Below, piece by piece: positions 29,369-39,678 of a stretch of DNA of 64,000 bases; within the stretch, counting starts at the first letter, position 1, and each line of letters begins with the position of its first letter. Origin of the DNA: Candidatus Poribacteria bacterium (GTDB lineage: Bacteria > Poribacteria > WGA-4E > WGA-3G). The notes below the pieces were generated by a model. It did not search any database, was not told the origin of the DNA, and saw nothing but the letters and a program-made list of their open reading frames with translations. The DNA lies in the NCBI GenBank assembly GCA_028824125.1, contig JAPPES010000085.1, positions 79,281 to 143,280 of the forward strand, in the 5' to 3' direction. The position numbers and the translations under genes were made by a program.

Positions 29369-30265
29369 ATGGACGATTTTATCCTTATTGCAAATCCAAT
29401 ATCCGGTAAAGGCAAGGCAAAAGCAGTTGCTGAACAAGCTTACACTGCCCTTATGGCAGATGGATGTAATGGCGAGATAAAGCTAACGACTGGCTCTGGA
29501 GATGCAACTCGTTTTGCTCAAGAAGCAGTCTCAAGTGGGATTCGGCAGGTAATAGCTTGCGGTGGCGATGGCACGCTTCACGAAGTTGTCAATGGCATTG
29601 CAACCGTCCCAGATGTTACCTTAGGCTTAATTCCGTGTGGTCGTGGTAACGATTTAGCAACTGCCGTAGGTATCCCACGCCAACCGCAACATGCGATTCA
29701 GACGCTATTTACTGGTAAATCAAGATTTATCGATTTAGGTTACGTCCGTTCAGAAAAAGGGAGTGAGCACTATTTTACGACCATCACAACGTGTGGTTAC
29801 GACACAGAGGTCAGCCGTCGCGCTGCCGCACGCACCACGCCATTTTCAGGAACAGCCTCTTACGTCTATGCCGCTATTGCAACACTGTTCCAATACGAGT
29901 GTCCGTCTGTCCGAATTAAGGGCGACTTCGGTGTTTATGAAGACTCAATTTTGCTTGCTGCAACCGGAAGCACAAAAAGTTATGGTGGCGGATTTAAAAT
30001 CGTCCCAGACGCACAATTTGATGACGGACTTTTTGATGTCTGTATTATCCGTCCCGTTTCATCCTTTACAGTACTTCGTCTGATGGTTACGCTCTTCTGG
30101 GGTGGTCATGTTTCTCATCCTGCAGTGGAAATCCATCAGACCCGTAGTTTGAAGATAGAAACTGACCCTCCCGTTATGCTTTACGCTGACGGTGAACCGA
30201 TGTGTGAAACACCTGCCACGATTGAGATAATCAAGCATGGACTTACTGTTCTTGTGCCATCTTAA
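29369..30265 (+). CDS. Diacylglycerol kinase catalytic domain lipid kinase (YegS/DagK family).
   Basis: The N-terminus reads ILIANPISGKG. A GGDGTLHEVVNG motif is present. Confidence 0.8.
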   Translation: MDDFILIANPISGKGKAKAVAEQAYTALMADGCNGEIKLTTGSGDATRFAQEAVSSGIRQVIACGGDGTLHEVVNGIATVPDVTLGLIPCGRGNDLATAVGIPRQPQHAIQTLFTGKSRFIDLGYVRSEKGSEHYFTTITTCGYDTEVSRRAAARTTPFSGTASYVYAAIATLFQYECPSVRIKGDFGVYEDSILLAATGSTKSYGGGFKIVPDAQFDDGLFDVCIIRPVSSFTVLRLMVTLFWGGHVSHPAVEIHQTRSLKIETDPPVMLYADGEPMCETPATIEIIKHGLTVLVPS

Positions 30266-30338
30266 GTATTTGATCCGCTGCTAAATCAGAATATTAAACG
30301 TGCAAAAAACTATTGGATAGAATACAAGGAGAGGTTAA

Positions 30339-30707
30339 ATGACTAAAATATATGAAACATGGGACGCTTTCCTGATTGATCAACTTGCCGAAGAGGAAGA
30401 TATGAGCGGTTTCCTTTCTGCCGTAATGGAAGAATATCAAACACATGGGAATCCAGCTGTAATTCAGATATCCTTAGAGAGTATCGTTGAAGCAAAGGGC
30501 GGAATCTCTGAATTTGCCAAGAAAACTGACATTGACCCACAACTTCTCTCGGAAGTGTTAACGAGCAAAGAAGCACTACATATTGACGCGCTTAGAACCG
30601 TTCTCAATGCTTTGGGATGTTGTCTTTCAATTGTGCTTTTAGAAAATGTAGATACCTATATTGAGAGTGCTGCTGATGCGCGAAAACAACCGTGGCAACG
30701 CATATAA
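30339..30707 (+). CDS. Putative addiction-module antidote protein (HigA-like, COG3636 type), apparently an orphan.
   Basis: The segment GNPAVIQISLESIVEAKGGISEFAKKTDIDPQLLSEVLTS...LNALGCCLSIV follows the TIGR02684-type pattern. No toxin partner is adjacent. Confidence 0.5.
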   Translation: MTKIYETWDAFLIDQLAEEEDMSGFLSAVMEEYQTHGNPAVIQISLESIVEAKGGISEFAKKTDIDPQLLSEVLTSKEALHIDALRTVLNALGCCLSIVLLENVDTYIESAADARKQPWQRI

Positions 30708-30744
30708 AAGCAAAGTCGTGTAGGTCAGGTAGAGATTCGCAAAA

Positions 30745-32520
30745 TCAGGATTCTTCCGGATACATCCCTTCTATCACATCACCATATTTTTCAATAATAA
30801 CGTTCCGCTTCAACTTCAGTGTCGGAGTCATCTCGTCTTCTTCCTGTGAGAATTCCTGTTCAAGCAGTGCAAACCTTCGCACCTGTTCAAAATCCGAGAA
30901 ATCAGTCAAACGTTCTCGTATCTCACCCTGAATGAGTTGTTGCACCTCACGTGTTTTCAACATCTCAGGAATGTCAGTCGAATCAACACCGTTCTCTGAT
31001 GCCCATGATTTGAGTGCATCAAAATTCGGCACAATCAGCGCAGCAACATTTTTACGTTCATTACCCACTAACATAATCTGGTCAATAAAAGGACTTTGCA
31101 CCAGTTGGCTCTCTATCGGTTGCGGTGCCACGTTTTTGCCATTAGATAGCACAATAATGTTTTTCTTCCGATCAGTAATCTTGATAAACCCATCATCGTC
31201 AATGATACCGATGTCACCAGTGTGAAACCATCCCTCACTATCAATAACTTCTGCAGTTGCGTCTTCATTGTTGAAATAACCCTTCATCACATGTGGTCCG
31301 CGGGTTAAAATCTCACCATCTTCAGCGATCTGCACTTCAATACCAGGAACAGGTTCACCGACCGTTCCGAACCTCCATTTAGCCGGATGATTCATGCTAA
31401 TGACAGGTGAGGTTTCCGTTAAACCATACCCTTCCAAAATCAGAATGCCTGCTGCGTGAAAAAACTCGGCAATTGATTGCGGCAACGCAGCACCACCGGA
31501 CACGAAAAATCGTAGTTGTCCACCTGTTGCTGCCTTCAATTTCGCGAAGACTAATTTATCCGCAATGTTCTGTTTTAACTGCAATAGCGCAGACGGGTTT
31601 TCCCCATGTTGAATCTTGGAACTCACCGCCGAACCAACGGAGACACCCCAGTGAAAAATTTTCTGTTTGAGCGATGAACCTGCTTGCACAGCACGTAAAA
31701 CCCTATCGTGCATTGTTTCATACAAGCGCGGCACGCTGAGCATGACCGTCGGTGAAACCTCCTGCATATTCTGGGCAACTGTAAAAGTGCTTTCTGCATA
31801 AGCTATTTTCGCGCCAGAGAACAGCGGCACATAGTGCCCGCCAAGCCGCTCAAAGACGTGTGATAACGGGAGGAAAGATAACAATACATCTGTGTCATCT
31901 ACATCAATAAGCGATTTGCATGCCTTAAAGTTTGATAAGAAATTTGCATGCGTTAGCATAACACCCTTAGGATTACCGGTCGTGCCAGAGGTATAGATAA
32001 TCGTTGCAATGTCGTCTTCATTTGTCTCATCAGTCTCAAGTGCATCTGCCTCTTTACCGCGTTCACAGACTTCCTCAAAACTAACAACGTCTTCAGGAGG
32101 TTCACCTTCAATTGAATCAAAGATAATTATCTGTTCAAGTGTCTCTACTTCATTTCGGATTGCAATCACCTTTTCCAGTTGCTCCGTAGTCGAGACACAG
32201 ATTATTTTTGACCCAGAATCTTTGAGAATATAACCAACCTGTGCTGCTGTCAATGTTGAAAACATCGGCACGTTAACTGCACCGGTTTTGAGAATGCCGA
32301 AGTCGGAGATAGCCCATTCGGGACGATTTTCGGATAGGATTGCAATTCTGTCCCCCTTTTGCACCCCTAATGCACTAAGACCTCTACTGAAAGCATCCAC
32401 CGATTCACCGAGTTCGATGTAAGAGATGTCCTGATATGTGCCACCTTTCGGTTTATGCGCTAATGCGGGTTTATCACCGTACTGCTGAATTGATTGTTCA
32501 AACATTGATATCAGTGTCAT
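30745..32520 (-). CDS. Long-chain fatty-acid--CoA ligase (AMP-dependent synthetase). The start was moved to the Met of MTLISMFEQ, which has a GGGAGA RBS.
   Basis: An AMP-binding motif IIYTSGTTGNPKGVMLTH is present. Similarity to acyl-CoA ligases is full length. Confidence 0.8.
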   Translation of the reverse strand: MTLISMFEQSIQQYGDKPALAHKPKGGTYQDISYIELGESVDAFSRGLSALGVQKGDRIAILSENRPEWAISDFGILKTGAVNVPMFSTLTAAQVGYILKDSGSKIICVSTTEQLEKVIAIRNEVETLEQIIIFDSIEGEPPEDVVSFEEVCERGKEADALETDETNEDDIATIIYTSGTTGNPKGVMLTHANFLSNFKACKSLIDVDDTDVLLSFLPLSHVFERLGGHYVPLFSGAKIAYAESTFTVAQNMQEVSPTVMLSVPRLYETMHDRVLRAVQAGSSLKQKIFHWGVSVGSAVSSKIQHGENPSALLQLKQNIADKLVFAKLKAATGGQLRFFVSGGAALPQSIAEFFHAAGILILEGYGLTETSPVISMNHPAKWRFGTVGEPVPGIEVQIAEDGEILTRGPHVMKGYFNNEDATAEVIDSEGWFHTGDIGIIDDDGFIKITDRKKNIIVLSNGKNVAPQPIESQLVQSPFIDQIMLVGNERKNVAALIVPNFDALKSWASENGVDSTDIPEMLKTREVQQLIQGEIRERLTDFSDFEQVRRFALLEQEFSQEEDEMTPTLKLKRNVIIEKYGDVIEGMYPEES

Positions 32521-32694
32521 ATATCGTCTCCCTGCTGTTTTTTCGCTATTGTAACATACAGCTTGATACAAGTCAAGTTAAACGCTTCATGTACTCTTAT
32601 TTTTCTTGACTCATCCTGATAGAAACGGTATACTCACAGTGAATGGAGATGCACTTCATAAGATAAAATTCACCCAAGCATAAATGGTAAAACA

Positions 32695-33282
32695 GTGAAA
32701 ATTCCAAAAATCTTCATTATCGGAGAGAATTCGCAGGCAGGAACTTATGTCCTGCGAATTCGACTTAAAGAAGCTATCGAATTACAATTTGGACGATTTA
32801 AGAAAGGTAAACTGATTTCATTGCCTGCAGGTGCCTATACCTATGTCGGTTCTGCGCTCTCAGAAAAGGGCGCAACTTCACTTGCACGTAGACTTGTACG
32901 ACATGCAACACGAAGCGGCAGCAAACCGCCACACGCTATGAGAGCAGAAATGTTAAAGCAATTTCGTGAATGCTGTTTGGGGCCACGCGATCCGCTGCCA
33001 AAAAACGGCAAAAAATTGTTCTGGAACATAGATTTTATGCTGGATTTAGAATTAGCGGAGATTATCAACGTTATTACAATTCGTTCTTCCGAACGGTTGG
33101 AAAATAAAATTGCTGAGTTTCTCGAACACAACGCATATACACAGATAATAGAAAAAAGTTTAGGCGCAAATGATGCACCACGCTATACCCATATTTTACG
33201 TGTGAACGCAGACGATACATGGTGGGCATCCATTGCAGAAAATATACAAGAAAACTACTTATTTCATTCAAACGATACTTGA
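32695..33282 (+). CDS. GIY-YIG nuclease superfamily protein (DUF123-like).
   Basis: The segment AGAYTYVGSALSEKGATSLARRLVRH...WNIDFM resembles DUF123 signatures. Confidence 0.45.
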   Translation: MKIPKIFIIGENSQAGTYVLRIRLKEAIELQFGRFKKGKLISLPAGAYTYVGSALSEKGATSLARRLVRHATRSGSKPPHAMRAEMLKQFRECCLGPRDPLPKNGKKLFWNIDFMLDLELAEIINVITIRSSERLENKIAEFLEHNAYTQIIEKSLGANDAPRYTHILRVNADDTWWASIAENIQENYLFHSNDT

Positions 33283-33306
33283 AATTAAACCACTTCCGAG
33301 GTAAAT

Positions 33307-34422
33307 ATGCACGACCCACGACTTGATAAACTTGCAAACGTACTCACAACCCATTCCACTAAAGTCCAACCCGATGAATTTGTCCTAATTGAAGCCATTG
33401 ACATTCCGCAGGAGATGGTAATCGCCCTTATCCGTGCTGTGAGAAAAGCAGGCGGTATTCCTCTCGTTGAATTAAAACAAAATCGCATTCAACGCGAAAT
33501 TATTCTGGGCGGAGATGATATCGGCATAAAATTGATTGGTGAATACGAAACGTACAGAATGAAAAAGGTTCAGGCTTATATTGGAATACGTGGCAGCCAT
33601 AACATTACCGAGATGTCCGATGTTCCATCAGAAGCAATGCAGCGTTACCAAAAGCATTGGCTGCGTCCGCTTAATGATATCCGCGTGCCACGCACAAAAT
33701 GGGTTGTGTTACGTTGGCCCTTACCGGCGATGGCACAGCAGGCGAAGATGAGCACAGAAGCATTTGAAGATTACTATTTTGACGTTTGCACGCTTGACTA
33801 TAGTAAAATGGAGCGTGCGATGCAACCCCTCAAGTCTTTGATGGAAGAAACAGATCAAGTCCACATCGTCGGTGAGGATACTGATTTGCGGTTCAGCATA
33901 AAGGATATACCGGTTATTCCGTGTGCAGGCGAGTATAACATTCCCGACGGCGAGTGCTTTACCTCGCCTGTGCGAGATTCTATCAACGGCACGATCCATT
34001 TCAATACCCCTACAATCTATCAAGGAACAACGTTTACTGATGTTCGGTTCCGCTTTGAAAATGGCAAAATCGTTGAAGCATCTGCAAATTACACCGAAAA
34101 GTTGAATACTATTCTTGATACAGACGAAGGCGCACGTTATATTGGAGAGTTTGCCATCGCGTTCAATCCGTACATCACAACCCCGATGCTCGATATCTTG
34201 TTTGATGAGAAAATTGCGGGATCGTTCCACTTCACACCCGGACAGGCTTACGAAGAAGCGGATAACGGTGTTCGCTCTGCTGTTCATTGGGATATGGTAA
34301 TGATTCAAACGCCAGAGCATGGCGGCGGTGAAATCTATTTTGATGGAAATCTCATTCGCAAAGATGGTCGATTTGTTCACCCAGAATTGGATGCATTAAA
34401 TCCGGAAAATCTAATCAGTTAA
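33307..34422 (+). CDS. Aminopeptidase, M29 family (AmpS/PepS/aminopeptidase T-like).
   Basis: The ORF is about 370 aa. An M29-like segment is present (NIPDGECFTSPV...FENGKIVEASA...EGARYIGEFAIAFN). Confidence 0.55.
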   Translation: MHDPRLDKLANVLTTHSTKVQPDEFVLIEAIDIPQEMVIALIRAVRKAGGIPLVELKQNRIQREIILGGDDIGIKLIGEYETYRMKKVQAYIGIRGSHNITEMSDVPSEAMQRYQKHWLRPLNDIRVPRTKWVVLRWPLPAMAQQAKMSTEAFEDYYFDVCTLDYSKMERAMQPLKSLMEETDQVHIVGEDTDLRFSIKDIPVIPCAGEYNIPDGECFTSPVRDSINGTIHFNTPTIYQGTTFTDVRFRFENGKIVEASANYTEKLNTILDTDEGARYIGEFAIAFNPYITTPMLDILFDEKIAGSFHFTPGQAYEEADNGVRSAVHWDMVMIQTPEHGGGEIYFDGNLIRKDGRFVHPELDALNPENLIS

Positions 34423-34438
34423 CATAGAAGGATACACT

Positions 34439-35874
34439 ATGTCACAATCCCCTAATATTCTTTTTCTACTTACCGATCAGCAACGTTTTGATTCATTAGG
34501 TTGCAACGGTGCCCCTGTTTGCCAAACGTCTGCGGTGGATAATATTGCTGCAACAGGGATGCGTTTCACAAAAGCTTATACACCCATTGCACTCTGTTCA
34601 CCTGCACGGGGTTCATTACTTACAGGACTTTATCCACATAATCATGGGCAGCTCTCAAACATGGGTAATTTTAATGCAGTATTTGCAAATCAGATTCTTG
34701 ACAAACCTGCATATCCGCAACTCCTAAAAGCCGCCGGATATAATGTGGCATGTGTTGGTAAATGGCATCTTGCTAAACAGGGAGATACTGAGTTCTGGGG
34801 TTATGACAAGTGGCACCCATATAGCGAATGGCATCAATGGCTCCGAGACGATGGGATTGATTTTAGGATTGACCGTGATGCTGTGCAACCTTTGGAATGG
34901 GGGGAGAGGCTCCGTTCTACGGCAGGCTTCCACTTCCTGTTGAACGCACGATGGAGGCGTGGACTGCAGATAAAACGATTGAATTAATCAACGGATATAC
35001 CAATTCCGAGCAACCCTTCATGATTGCGGCTAATTTCTTCGGACCGCATTTTCCCTACGCTGTGCCAGAACCTTACGATACTATGTACGACCCTGATTCT
35101 GTTGAACGTTGGGGGAACTTTGATGAACAGTTCATCAACAAACCACTTATTCAGCAGAAAGAGATGCTTCGCTGGAACGCGAGTCATTTGACGTGGCCTG
35201 ACTGGCAGAAAGTCATCGCTGCGTATTGGGGATTTTGCACCTTTATTGACGACCAAGTTAAACGAATAATTGATTGCCTTGAAGAGAACGGTTTAGCAGA
35301 AAACACTATCGTTATCTTTTCAACTGACCACGGCGATATGCTCGGTAGCCACCGACTTTTCAACAAAGGTTTTCACATGTACGAGGAGACACACCATATT
35401 CCACTTATGGTCCGATGGCCAGGGGTGACATCGCCTGGAACGACCTGTGATGAATTTGTGAACCTTGTTGACCTTATGCCAACATTCTTGGAAATTGGTG
35501 GTGCCACAATGCCTGATAATCTCGACGGAAGGTCTATTGTACCGATCCTCAAAGGAGAAACATTAGCAGATTGGCCCGACGACGTTTTCGCTGAATTTCA
35601 TGGATACGAACCAACACTTGCATCTGTACGGATGGTGCGCACCGACTCTTGGAAATACGTCTACAATCCATATAGTGAAGACGAACTCTACGATATGCAA
35701 AGTGACCCGCATGAACTTCATAATCTTGCAACACATCTCGGGTACAAACACGTGCTTCGCCGCATGAAAGACCGTATGGTCAAGCGGTTACGCGAAACGA
35801 AGGATAATATCGTTATGGAAGGTGGATGGCAGAGCAATTCGTTTGATCTGCTTGTGTCTGATCGGGAAAGATAG
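34439..35874 (+). pseudogene. Sulfatase (arylsulfatase family) split by a frameshift in a 6-G homopolymer at about 34899-34904. It may be a sequencing error or a genuine frameshift.
   Basis: ORF 34439..34987 carries LLTDQQRFD and the formylglycine motif CSPARGSLLTG. ORF 34897..35874 continues the sulfatase fold (FSTDHGDMLG). The two frames meet at ggaatggggggagagg. Confidence 0.7.
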
Positions 35875-35910
35875 CTATGTTAAATGTCTCACAGAATAAA
35901 CGATTGATTT

Positions 35911-36375
35911 TTATTGGTGTGCCGCAGTCATGAGAATTGCCTTGGTAGTGTCCGAGATGTTAAGCGTTCTGAATGCTGCATCGGACAACCCAACCAAATA
36001 GTATGCTTGATGTTCGGTAGGACTGAGTTTGATCTTACCATCCTCTATCTCAACAAGAAAGTTGAAATGTCTCGTTTTTTTGCCAGAACTGGATGTATTA
36101 TCAAAGGATCCGAGATATTTTAGGACCGATTTCAGAATAAGTCCTGTTTCTTCTTGGACTTCTCGAACGAGTGCTGTAAGTAGACTTTCTCCCGTCTCCA
36201 CGGTACCGCTTGGTATTTCAACAGCTCCACCCATGAAGTCAGATAGCACACGTTCCAGGAGCAAGAATTTGTTATCTTTGTAGATTACCGCGCCCACAAC
36301 CAGTTTTTGCACGCCGTCTTTTTGAGAATCGGTGAGCAGCTGCTGAATAATAGTGTGCTCAATGTTTGACTGCAT
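35911..36375 (-). CDS. NUDIX hydrolase.
   Basis: A Nudix box GGAVEIPSGTVETGESLLTALVREVQEETGL is present. Confidence 0.8.
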   Translation of the reverse strand: MQSNIEHTIIQQLLTDSQKDGVQKLVVGAVIYKDNKFLLLERVLSDFMGGAVEIPSGTVETGESLLTALVREVQEETGLILKSVLKYLGSFDNTSSSGKKTRHFNFLVEIEDGKIKLSPTEHQAYYLVGLSDAAFRTLNISDTTKAILMTAAHQ

Positions 36376-36543
36376 ATTATGGTTCTACCTTTTCCACAAA
36401 CTCACATCCTTCGCGGAACCACTCTATGAGTATCATATTCTCATTGTGAGTCCGTTTTGCTTGTGATAACACCAGTTCTAAAAATTGATGTCGCATTACC
36501 CGTTTTTATGAAATGTAGTGTAAATTTGGTATAAGTCCTGAAT

Positions 36544-36599
36544 AATAAAGAATCTCCCGACAACAATTTAAAATGTTTGTTATCGGGAGATTCTTTATT
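36544..36599. terminator. Perfect 17-bp-stem hairpin (AATAAAGAATCTCCCGA...TCGGGAGATTCTTTATT) downstream of the minus-strand gene 36637..38118. It is a candidate terminator or regulatory hairpin.
   Basis: The inverted repeat was read directly from the sequence. No clear U-tract follows it. Confidence 0.4.
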
Positions 36600-36636
36600 A
36601 AATGAGGAGTAGAACTGAACAATCCTAAATAGATTG

Positions 36637-38118
36637 TTAGTCAGTAGCTCCAATTTTTGCTGCTTCAGGTGCACTTTCCGGAAGATTCTTCTTCGCTAAA
36701 GTATCTTCAGGTACATAACCTTTGTAGTCGGAGATGGAGCCGTGTGTCAACGCGTATACTACAACGTTCGTCATAAAACGATAAACACCGGGTGAATAGT
36801 GTACACTCCGGGTTGGGAGACTAACAGCTTCCATTGCGCACATATAGTCACGACGGACGACAATAACGGACAACTTTTCACCTACGGAGAAACCTTCAAG
36901 GAAATTGCGTTTCGGTGGACGTGTGCCCCACCAGAAAATGTCGAATCCGACAGGCGGCCCGCCGATTGTATAGAAGTTGTCGTAGATCTCGTGGGAGTTG
37001 TCAATCCGTTCAATTTGGTATTCAGGCATGACATAGCGCATTTGTGCAAGGAACAAACGGACCATTGCTTGTGCTGGCGCATTTACACCACAGTCGTCAA
37101 AGACAAGGAATCCGCCTTTTTCAACGAGGTATTTACGGAGTCCCCCCGCTTCTGCTTCGGTAAACCGGTTATCCATTTTACCACCACCATATTGTTTTCC
37201 AAGCAGGTTCCGTGATCGCGTAAGTGAAGGATCGTGCCCTGTCATGAAAGCGAGTGGTGTTTTAAATAGATTTGCATCGGTCAGCTTTAAGGATCCGCCT
37301 TCAACGTTCATGTCCGTTTTGATTTTGGTTTTCTCGTTGAGCCATTTGGTAAGGGCATTCAACGAGGAAGAATCAGCCCACCAGTCGGAAAGGGTATGGC
37401 GGATACGTGTAAAACGGAGGACGCCACGAATATCACGTCCTTTACCGATGACCCGTCCCCCCGGTTCGCCCTTGGGTAATGGTGGTACTTCAACGTTACC
37501 AAGCGTAATGCTTTCAGCGACATCGCCAAGTGCATCGCGAACTACACCGACGTTTTCAACCATGGCTAAACCCGGTTGCCGTCCAATTGTAAGTTTTACT
37601 TGAACCGGACTTCCCGCGACACCGCGTTCAATGTTAGCGGGGCCCGCGGAAGGTGCATTCGCTGCAGGACCGGCAAAAGCTAAAGCACTCGGTGAACTTG
37701 ACACAGGTAAATCCGCGTGAGTAACCACCTCTGGCACAGGAGCATCCGGTCTAACTACTTTCGGTACATTTGGATTAATCGGGGCATCTATCTTAACAGC
37801 TTGATTAGAAAATTCCAACACCGTTTGTTGGATATTTTGAGTTGTCTTCGGCGCGAAAGCCGTTGTTAAGCGCGGTTGAACTTGTACCGGTTCAGTAACA
37901 ACCGTAGTTTCTACCGGGACAATTGGTTTGTTAAGCTGCTTAACAATAGGTTTGCGCACCTTAGGTTTCGGGGGATCCGGCGGTTCAAACGTTTCTATTC
38001 CAACTAAATCTTTGAATGTCTGTGTTTGCGTAACAAAATAGAGTCCAAAGATTAGAATAACAACCCCGTGGATTACCAGCGCCGTCATTAAGGCAGCTGA
38101 TGTTCTTTTAGCACTCAT
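36637..38118 (-). CDS. Hypothetical membrane-anchored protein. It has an N-terminal TM helix, a Pro-rich TonB-like linker and a C-terminal domain of unknown function.
   Basis: The N-terminal TM segment is VIHGVVILIFGLYFV. A PPDPPKPKVRKP linker follows. The C-terminal ~300 aa has no recognised motif. Confidence 0.45.
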   Translation of the reverse strand: MSAKRTSAALMTALVIHGVVILIFGLYFVTQTQTFKDLVGIETFEPPDPPKPKVRKPIVKQLNKPIVPVETTVVTEPVQVQPRLTTAFAPKTTQNIQQTVLEFSNQAVKIDAPINPNVPKVVRPDAPVPEVVTHADLPVSSSPSALAFAGPAANAPSAGPANIERGVAGSPVQVKLTIGRQPGLAMVENVGVVRDALGDVAESITLGNVEVPPLPKGEPGGRVIGKGRDIRGVLRFTRIRHTLSDWWADSSSLNALTKWLNEKTKIKTDMNVEGGSLKLTDANLFKTPLAFMTGHDPSLTRSRNLLGKQYGGGKMDNRFTEAEAGGLRKYLVEKGGFLVFDDCGVNAPAQAMVRLFLAQMRYVMPEYQIERIDNSHEIYDNFYTIGGPPVGFDIFWWGTRPPKRNFLEGFSVGEKLSVIVVRRDYMCAMEAVSLPTRSVHYSPGVYRFMTNVVVYALTHGSISDYKGYVPEDTLAKKNLPESAPEAAKIGATD

Positions 38119-38266
38119 TATTTCACCTCACAAAATATTTACGAAATTGGTCTTTAAAATATAAACTTTACTAAATTTAAGACTAAACCTATACTACTCT
38201 ATGCAATTTATGTGCCAATTAGAATAGTGTGTAATATATGTAGTAACCCCATATTGAGAGTGTAAT

Positions 38267-38318
38267 AGCTGCACAAAATGGGGCAGCTCGGTTATAAGCT
38301 GCACAAAATGGGGCAGCT
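38267..38318. repeat. Two tandem copies of a 22-bp hairpin unit AGCTGCACAAAATGGGGCAGCT, 30 bp apart.
   Basis: The direct repeat was read from the sequence and each copy is internally palindromic. ORF 38194..38376 is probably an artefact of the repeat. Confidence 0.5.
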
Positions 38319-38517
38319 TTTCCTCTGGATCAGTAGTGAACCCCACAAAAATAGTATTTTGAAATAAAAATTGCACCTTATTATGAGTTAGGCAACACGT
38401 ACTGCTGCAACTTTTGCCAATGCAAATACTCAGAATTTCATTTTTCTTGTGATACTATAACAAATTTGCAAAAAAATGTCAATAAAAATTGAGTCTTAAA
38501 AATAATTATTTCAATTG

Positions 38518-39678
38518 CTATGAGTTCGTTCCCGTAAATTTCTCAAAATTTTCGATCTTCTGGATTACATCAACCACCTGAATTTGAGACATACACCCTT
38601 CTGCTCCGAATCGACAGGTAGAACCTGAACAGGGAGGGCAATCAAACTTCTTTTGAATAGTTTGGCATTTATTGCCGACAGGCCCGAATCGTTTCGGATC
38701 GCTGGGGCCGTAGAGTCCAATGGTCTGCGTGCCTACAGCCGCCGCGAGATGCATCGGACCGCTATCATTTCCGATAAACATACTACATACTTGTAAGATT
38801 GATGCTAACTGCGTTATGTTTGTTTTGCCTGCAATGTTCGTTGATTTTCCTTGCATTCGGTCTTGAATTTGATTTATTATCGGGATTTCATCTTTCACAC
38901 CGACAAACAAGATTTGTGCACGTTTTTGTGCAATTAACCAATCCGCTAATTCTGCGTAACGTTTGGGGTCCCACCTTTTTAATGGAATTGGAGACCCTGG
39001 ATGAATGACGATAAAAGGCTGCTCTATCTGAATCTGATGCGTTTTGAGAAAATTAGATGCCCATTTTTCATTCTCTCTGTCTACTGAGAAAGTGGTAGTT
39101 TCTATTGATGTTGGAATACCTGATCGCCTCAGGACATCAAGATTTCGCACCGTTTCATGCGTTCCACTGAATCGGGGAAAACCTAACTTGTTTGCAATCT
39201 GTAGGGATGCACGGTTGAGACGTCTCGGTGTAACGCGTAAAAGCGCAAAACAAACAGTCCGCCAATCCCCCCGAAGTTCTACTAACAGATCGTATTTGTG
39301 GTGACGTAATTGCCGATATAGTTGAAGTGCATTCTTCAAAGATGTTCGTTGTTCAGATCGGCAGAATGCGGGCGAATTGTATTCTAATACTTTATCCACA
39401 TCGGGGTGGTTTTCCAAAATAATACGCCCCCATGTCCCTATGAGCGCGTGCAGTTCGGTGTTTGGATACGCCAAACGCAGATTGGAAAACACAGGAGTCG
39501 CTAACAATACGTCTCCAAGGTGATCAAGTTTAACGACGAGAATACGTTCTGGGGTATAGTCCTTCGGTAAAGGTTTTCTGTAAAAAAGCCACTGCACAAT
39601 AGCAGAAATAATTAGCGTGAGAATTTCGGATGCGTTCTGAAACATCGTTTTTAGTTTATCTAATTGAGGGGTGTGCAT
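38518..39678 (-). CDS. Glycosyltransferase family 9 (ADP-heptose:LPS heptosyltransferase-like) with a Cys-rich C-terminal tail. The start is uncertain, because the ORF-track start at 39741 runs into a repeat element.
   Basis: A GT9 N-terminal motif ILVVKLDHLGDVLLATP is present. The C-terminal tail reads CPPCSGSTCRFGAEGC. The first ~21 codons of the track ORF lie inside the family C/D repeat. Confidence 0.7.
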   Translation of the reverse strand: MHTPQLDKLKTMFQNASEILTLIISAIVQWLFYRKPLPKDYTPERILVVKLDHLGDVLLATPVFSNLRLAYPNTELHALIGTWGRIILENHPDVDKVLEYNSPAFCRSEQRTSLKNALQLYRQLRHHKYDLLVELRGDWRTVCFALLRVTPRRLNRASLQIANKLGFPRFSGTHETVRNLDVLRRSGIPTSIETTTFSVDRENEKWASNFLKTHQIQIEQPFIVIHPGSPIPLKRWDPKRYAELADWLIAQKRAQILFVGVKDEIPIINQIQDRMQGKSTNIAGKTNITQLASILQVCSMFIGNDSGPMHLAAAVGTQTIGLYGPSDPKRFGPVGNKCQTIQKKFDCPPCSGSTCRFGAEGCMSQIQVVDVIQKIENFEKFTGTNS

